From Octopus sinensis (lineage: Eukaryota), in assembly GCF_006345805.1 (NCBI RefSeq), contig NC_043000.1, positions 107,818,001 to 107,882,000 on the forward strand: a stretch of DNA of 64,000 nt, written 5' to 3'. The translations under genes were made by a program, and so were the position numbers. The notes beneath the pieces are model-generated. The model was not told the DNA's origin, did not search any database, and was given only the letters and a program-made list of their open reading frames with translations. Numbering within the stretch: position 1 is the stretch's first letter; the number at the start of each line of letters is the position of its first letter. Positions 58,363-64,000 of this stretch are shown one piece after another.

Positions 58363-60120
58363 GTATATATAACATATTGTGATATCAAGATAAATGAAAC
58401 TAAGAAAAAGTTATCACTTCAATAGACACCCTGCATCTGAGTACACATGTGGAGATATCGGCTGTTTTGATGTATTTGGGACTTATGATTTCTATTCCTT
58501 TTCATACCAGCATTTACTTTCGTAAATCACTTTTTTACACTACTTGTTTGAATAGCAATAATCTTGAGTTAACTTCCTGGTTAGGTTTTGAATAAAAACG
58601 GTACTACCGTGGTGTGTGGGATAGCATAAAAATTTTATGGTCGCCCAAAAAACCTTTGATTAAAATGTGAATACAATATCTTCCAGATTTGATAACGTGG
58701 TTGTTTTCAATTTATTGAAAATTAATTTACGTTTTTGATATATTTCTTGAAGTCAAAACAGAAACGAATGCTGGTAATATGACTACTATGTTTGTAATTA
58801 TCATATACTATTTACACTAGGATTATATATTTTCAGGAAATGTATAATTAACTATATTACAGAAAATATATAACTGACAAAAGTTGTAGAGAAAGCAGGA
58901 GATACAGTCTTTAGTAGACGAACCCCAATTAACTCCTTGTTTTTGTCTGTGTCGATAACATATATAGCAGTCATATAAACCGAACTGATTTAGTTAACCG
59001 TTCCCTATTTCTGTCTGACTCTTTATATCAGTTACAAAAATCTAAATGTCGAGCACTTCAATTAAATTTGATTTTAAACTTGAACTCTTTTATGTAGAAA
59101 ATGCATATATGTATATTTTGAAAATCTTTACTTCCGTGTTCACTTATTGACCTAAAGTGGGGGCACAGGTAATATTTTCTAATGTAGTCAGGTATTTCAA
59201 TGATTATGGAAACGCATATTAATTTAAATAAACTAACGATTGTATAACAAGAACTTGATGACTTTTATTCAAGTCTTGGTGTCCACTGTAGATCTAGCAG
59301 ACAGGCTGTAATTTATTTGCGCGTATAAGTCTCATTATTAACTTTCATGCATTGAGAAATATTGGCCCAAATATCGAAAAATCGATACATATAGTGTTTA
59401 GAAATGTTTTGGGAAATACCAACAAGTCATTGTCTGTGTTATGTCTTGAAGAACGCTATTTTCAATGATATTTCAATTTGCCACTGAATCGAATGAACTT
59501 CTGTATGTCATTTTCATATAAAATATTTCTTCTCATTGTAAACAGCTTTTTTTCTAAATAGGAGCATGTATTATTCCTCACATAATGACGCAGATACATG
59601 CAGGCAAATATATACAGACACTATATACTTATTAATATAAAATTTTAATTTCAAAATGTACGAGTATATACTACATTGGTATGCTCATCGTTATGGAATA
59701 ATAATTTTCACGTGCACATGCAGAGTTTGATATGCACCGCTGTGCAATAGCATAATACTGGATTTGTAATCAGAAACACGGCTTCACTGTTGTGAATTAT
59801 TAGCGATAAAATTGCGGACCATCGTCTACCATCGTCTGTGTCGTGAGAAGAGTAAAAGGAACGACGTAATATTATGTGACAGCGGTAAGCTATTTGTTAC
59901 CCGTACCAAATTACGGTTATCATATGTACTACGCAAGATGATGACGACGACAACGATGATGACGACTACGACTACTACTAGAAGATAGATTCAAGAGCAA
60001 AGAATTACAAATGGTGGATATCCTGGCGAGGAGAAACTAAGCGTAGGACCTTGGACAGAATAAGGACACAAAATTATATATATATATGTGAGTGTGTGTG
60101 TCTGTGTCTGTGTGTGTGTA

Positions 60121-60160
<40 letters not shown>

Positions 60161-60189
60161 CATAAGCATATAAATATATATATACACAG

Positions 60190-60600
60190 ACCGAAAGAAT
60201 TAACACTCTTCTACCTAGAACGAAGGCGGGAAAGATATGCAGTGATATACATCTGGAAATCCTAGAAGGCCTTGAAAGTTACTTAAACAGCAGAACGGGG
60301 TGCCAGTGCATAGTGCCAAAGATCCCATCATCGCCATCAAAGTAAAGGACCCGATACTGCAACAGCTTGGGTTTCAAGGGCCCACAGCTCTTCAATATCC
60401 TTTCAGAATGCCTGAGATATCGGCATGGTGTGAATGTAAGTGTCTTCAAAACAAAACTAGATCTCTTCCTGTCAAGGGTTCCAGATGAGCCTACATCACG
60501 GCACGAAACACAGAGGAGGACTGCGGCATCAAAGTTTCTCATTGACCAAATTCCACATATCGGAGGAGGTTTCAAATAATGGTGTAGCACAGTCAACGAC
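60190..60600 (+). mobile_element. 3' end fragment of a second CR1/L2-group LINE
   Basis: KELTLFYLERRRERYAVIYIWK...NSLGFKGPQLFNIL...VFKTKLDLFLSRVPDEP is the typical post-RT C-terminus. It is homologous to, but diverged from, the end of the 14-16 kb copy. Confidence 0.85.
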
Positions 60601-60812
60601 CAAGAAGACATCAGTGACTGTGTGGGAGTGTCAATGTGTCAATTAAAACCTGTAAGAAGATTCGATTTTGCATATGAATAACTATACATTCAATAAGATT
60701 ATTTTACATACCCTTATTAATATGGTATATAAAATATATGAAATAATATATTATATATACGTATGTAAATGTATATATATTATATATATATATATTATAT
60801 ATATATATATAT

Positions 60813-60860
<48 letters not shown>

Positions 60861-61429
60861 TTATATTTACATACGTATATATACATATATGTAATATATT
60901 ATTGCATGTATTTTATATACCATATTGATAAGTGTTGTAGTATGTAAAATATTCATATTGAATACGAAATATCAAATCTTTATACAGGTTTTAATTGACA
61001 TATTGACGTTCCACACAATCGCTGATGTCTTCTTGCCTTCTACATGTGATTCAAACGGGTCTGTAACATACTTTTTCTATTCTCACTGACAATACAGACA
61101 TTAAACACATCCACGCACACATACTCGCGCGCGCAGGCAAGTACAATTAAACATCATGTGTACGTTTGCACACATTCGGTGTCATTCTGAAACTTATATA
61201 GTTAGATGGTTTGAACATTGCTGAAGCAGTCATTTTGAATTCTGTTTCTACGCTCTAATCAAGAGGACCTGACGATATCCACGACCAGTGCAAGGGATTG
61301 GAAAGTTTTGTGAAAGACTAAACTCTACTTTATGTTCTCGATTATTACATAATGCTGCCTAGATTCCCCATAAATAGTTTCCCAGCACAAGAGCGCTGAG
61401 CGAAAGGAAATTTCTTCAAATAAGAATAT

Positions 61430-61890
61430 TGGTTTCAAATTTTGACAGTAATCTTAGGGGCGGTGTTAATTCAATTACATTAACTCCAGTGCTCAACTAG
61501 TACTTATTTTATTGACCTACTAATGTATACAGTCAGTGTCTTTGCCCTAGGTGTCTGGAAGACACTCGGTAAGAAATGGAAGCAAAAGGGAAAGAGCATA
61601 ATAATAATAATAATAATTTCAAATTTTGGTACAAGGCCAGCAATTTCTGGGGATGGGATTGACCCAGTGTTTACCTGGTACTTATTTTATCGGCCCCGGA
61701 AGCATGAAAAGCAAAATCGACTTTGGCAGAATTTGAACTCAGAACGCTAAGACGGACGAAAAGCCTGCAAAGCAATTTGCCTGGCAAGGTAACAATTCTG
61801 TCAGCTTGAAACCTAATGTGAATCTAAAAGATTGGTTTCAAAGCATTTTTCTCGGTGTGCTGACGATTCTGCTAGCTCGCCGTCTTAATT
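61430..61890 (-). mobile_element. Cluster of SINE family A pieces
   Basis: ttcaaattttggtacaaggccagcaattt...gcagaatttgaactcagaacgctaagacggacg. Confidence 0.8.
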
Positions 61891-62136
61891 CAAATAAGAC
61901 TATTTGCTCACCGCCTTACTCAAATAGGAATATTTGCTACAAACTAGAATTCCTGCTGCACTACTCGTTTCGAGATTATTTCACAACGGTTTTTCTCCAA
62001 ACATCAATTGTACAACATTTTAGATGCGGAAAATATTTTTTTTCACATTTGTATAACAAAGATGGAAATTTCTCTAATCAGGGATGGATGTTCTCCGAGA
62101 TCACTTCTCCCATGTCTTTTCTATATTTTTTTTAGT

Positions 62137-62302
62137 AGGTGCAGACGTAGCTGTGTGGTAGGAGGCTTGCTTCTGAACCACATGGTTCCGAGTTCAGTCC
62201 CATTGCGTGGCACCATGAGCTAGAGTATTTTACTATAGCTTCGTCTCCACCAAGGCCTTGTAAGTGGATTTGGTAGACGGAAACTGAAAGGAGCCATTCG
62301 TG

Positions 62303-62336
<34 letters not shown>

Positions 62337-62440
62337 ATATATTATATATATATATATATACATATATATGTGTGTGTGTGTGTGTTTTCTTTTTCCCCAT
62401 CCACCGTTTAACAACCGGCGATGGCGTGTTTACACCACTC
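62137..62440 (+). mobile_element. SINE family B, 3'-truncated
   Basis: aggtgcagacgtagctgtgtggta...ggtagacggaaactgaaaggagcc...(TA)n(TG)n. Confidence 0.85.
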
Positions 62441-62464
62441 CGTCACATTAAACTTGGTCACAAT

Positions 62465-62670
62465 AATCCTTTCTACTATAGGCACAAGGCCTGAAATTTG
62501 TACGAGGGGATAGTCGATTACTTCGACCTCAGTAGACAACTGGTACATATTTTAGCGACTCCGAAAGGATAAAAGGTAAAGTTGACTTCAGTGGAATTTG
62601 AACTCAGAACGTAAATACGGACGAATTGCCGCTAAACATTTTGTCCAACGTGCCACCCCATCACCTTAAA
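62465..62670 (-). mobile_element. SINE family A
   Basis: ggcacaaggcctgaaatttg...gaatttgaactcagaacgtaaatacggacg. Confidence 0.85.
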
Positions 62671-62864
62671 CTTGGTCATAATAATAACACCTGTAAAATT
62701 TATCTTCTTAATAATGAGTTATTAGATCTTGTCACATTGCGGCATGTCTATCCGGATAAATGATATCTATTGGTATAAATTCGTTGTTCTCGAAAAATAC
62801 TTGGCGTCCATGATCTTGCTGTTGGTTGAGCGGCCTATATTCATTTCCTAGATATGGTAGTGTG

Positions 62865-63205
62865 TGGAGGCCCAATGGCCAAGTGGTTAGGGCAGCGGTC
62901 GTAGGATCACGGTTTCGATTGCCAGATCGGGCATTGTGAGTGTTTATTGAGCGAAAACACCTAAAGCCCCACGAGGCTCCGGCAGGGGATGGTGGAAAAC
63001 CCTGCTGTACTGTTTCACCAAAACTTTCTCTCACCCTTTCTTTCTGTGTCTGTTCTACTTGTGTTTCAAAGGGCCAGCCTTGTCACATGCTGTATCACGC
63101 TGAATCTCACCGAGAACTACGTTAAGGGTACACGTGTCTTGCACGTTAATTTCATGAACAGGCTGTTCTGTTGATCGGGTCAACTGGAACCCTCGTCGTC
63201 ATAAC
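62865..63205 (+). mobile_element. SINE family C, full length
   Basis: ggaggcccaatggccaagtggttagggcagcgg...ggtttcgatt...gagcgaaaacacctaaag...caactggaaccctcgtcgtc. Confidence 0.9.
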
Positions 63206-63261
63206 CTTTGGGTGTATATTTTTATTCAAGCTATATTGTATATTATTAATATTTGGACCAA

Positions 63262-63430
63262 TGCGGGGAGCTGGTAGAATCGGTAGCACGCTGGGCGCTT
63301 CGTTCGTCTTTATGTTCTGAGATAAAATTCGCCGAGGTCGATTTTATCTATTATCCTTTCGGAGTTGATAAAATAAATAGCAGATGAGCACCGAATTTGC
63401 TAGCCTTGTGCCAAAATTTGAAACCATTAT
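63262..63430 (+). mobile_element. SINE family A with internal deletion
   Basis: gcggggagctggtagaatcggtagcacgctgggc...gccgaggtcgatttt...gtgccaaaatttgaaacc. Confidence 0.8.
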
Positions 63431-64000
63431 TTTTATTTGGACCAAATACTGCTGCTGCTGGTTGCCAATTGTTCAACTTACCAATCAGAGTTGCGATTGT
63501 TCAGAAATAGGTCATCGTTAAAAAGCGTGGTGAATGATTGTCTAACTAACCCTCCGATCATCTTTATCTCAATTACATTATCCAATGTCATATCTTTTAA
63601 AACTAATACATGTTGCACGATCTGCGAAAGATTTTTATTGCATTACTGGCTGGTTGAGCGACCAGGTAGGAATTCCTTCGTCTGTCTTGTATTACACCAA
63701 CGTTAAAGGTTGTCTGCATGGGATGGTGATTAATCCTCTCACTACTTATCGGCAACTTATCATTTGTAATTAAAGATTCCAGCAGTTAGTGCCATAAATT
63801 TATGACATGTTGGATCGAAGGAACTATTTTCCTTACCTTTGAACTTGTTAGAAGAAGATTTATGCCAACATAGAAAATATGGTAATGACTATACAACCGG
63901 TTTTATTGGTTATGAGTTTAAATCCACATTTATGTATACAGAGATTAACAATTCCTACAATGAGATTAACACTCTTTCCAGTAATAAACACTGAATCGAT

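Overview
Eukaryotic, AT-rich, repeat-saturated genomic DNA, most likely from an octopus. This is inferred from recalled octopus tRNA-derived SINE families and the very high microsatellite load; no database search was run. I find no convincing host protein-coding exon and no true tRNA, rRNA or CRISPR feature. Almost all ORFs in the supplied track are translations of microsatellites or SINEs. The window is a transposon graveyard: dozens of SINE copies (my labels A-D), relics of R4/Dong-clade LINEs and CR1/L2-type LINEs, two Tc1 transposase relics, several TIR-bounded MITEs, and an internally deleted hAT element with a BED-finger relic. Structures not explained by these are (1) a ~1.2 kb extremely AT-rich block at 57107-58290 that opens with a 118-bp hairpin exactly where a SINE is cut, (2) a near-perfect 131-bp fold-back with a nested 16-bp hairpin at 12925-13278, and (3) a 241-bp-period duplication with silent-site bias on the minus strand at about 52080-52410. 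Coordinates were read by eye; ends of degraded repeats are approximate (about +/-20 nt).
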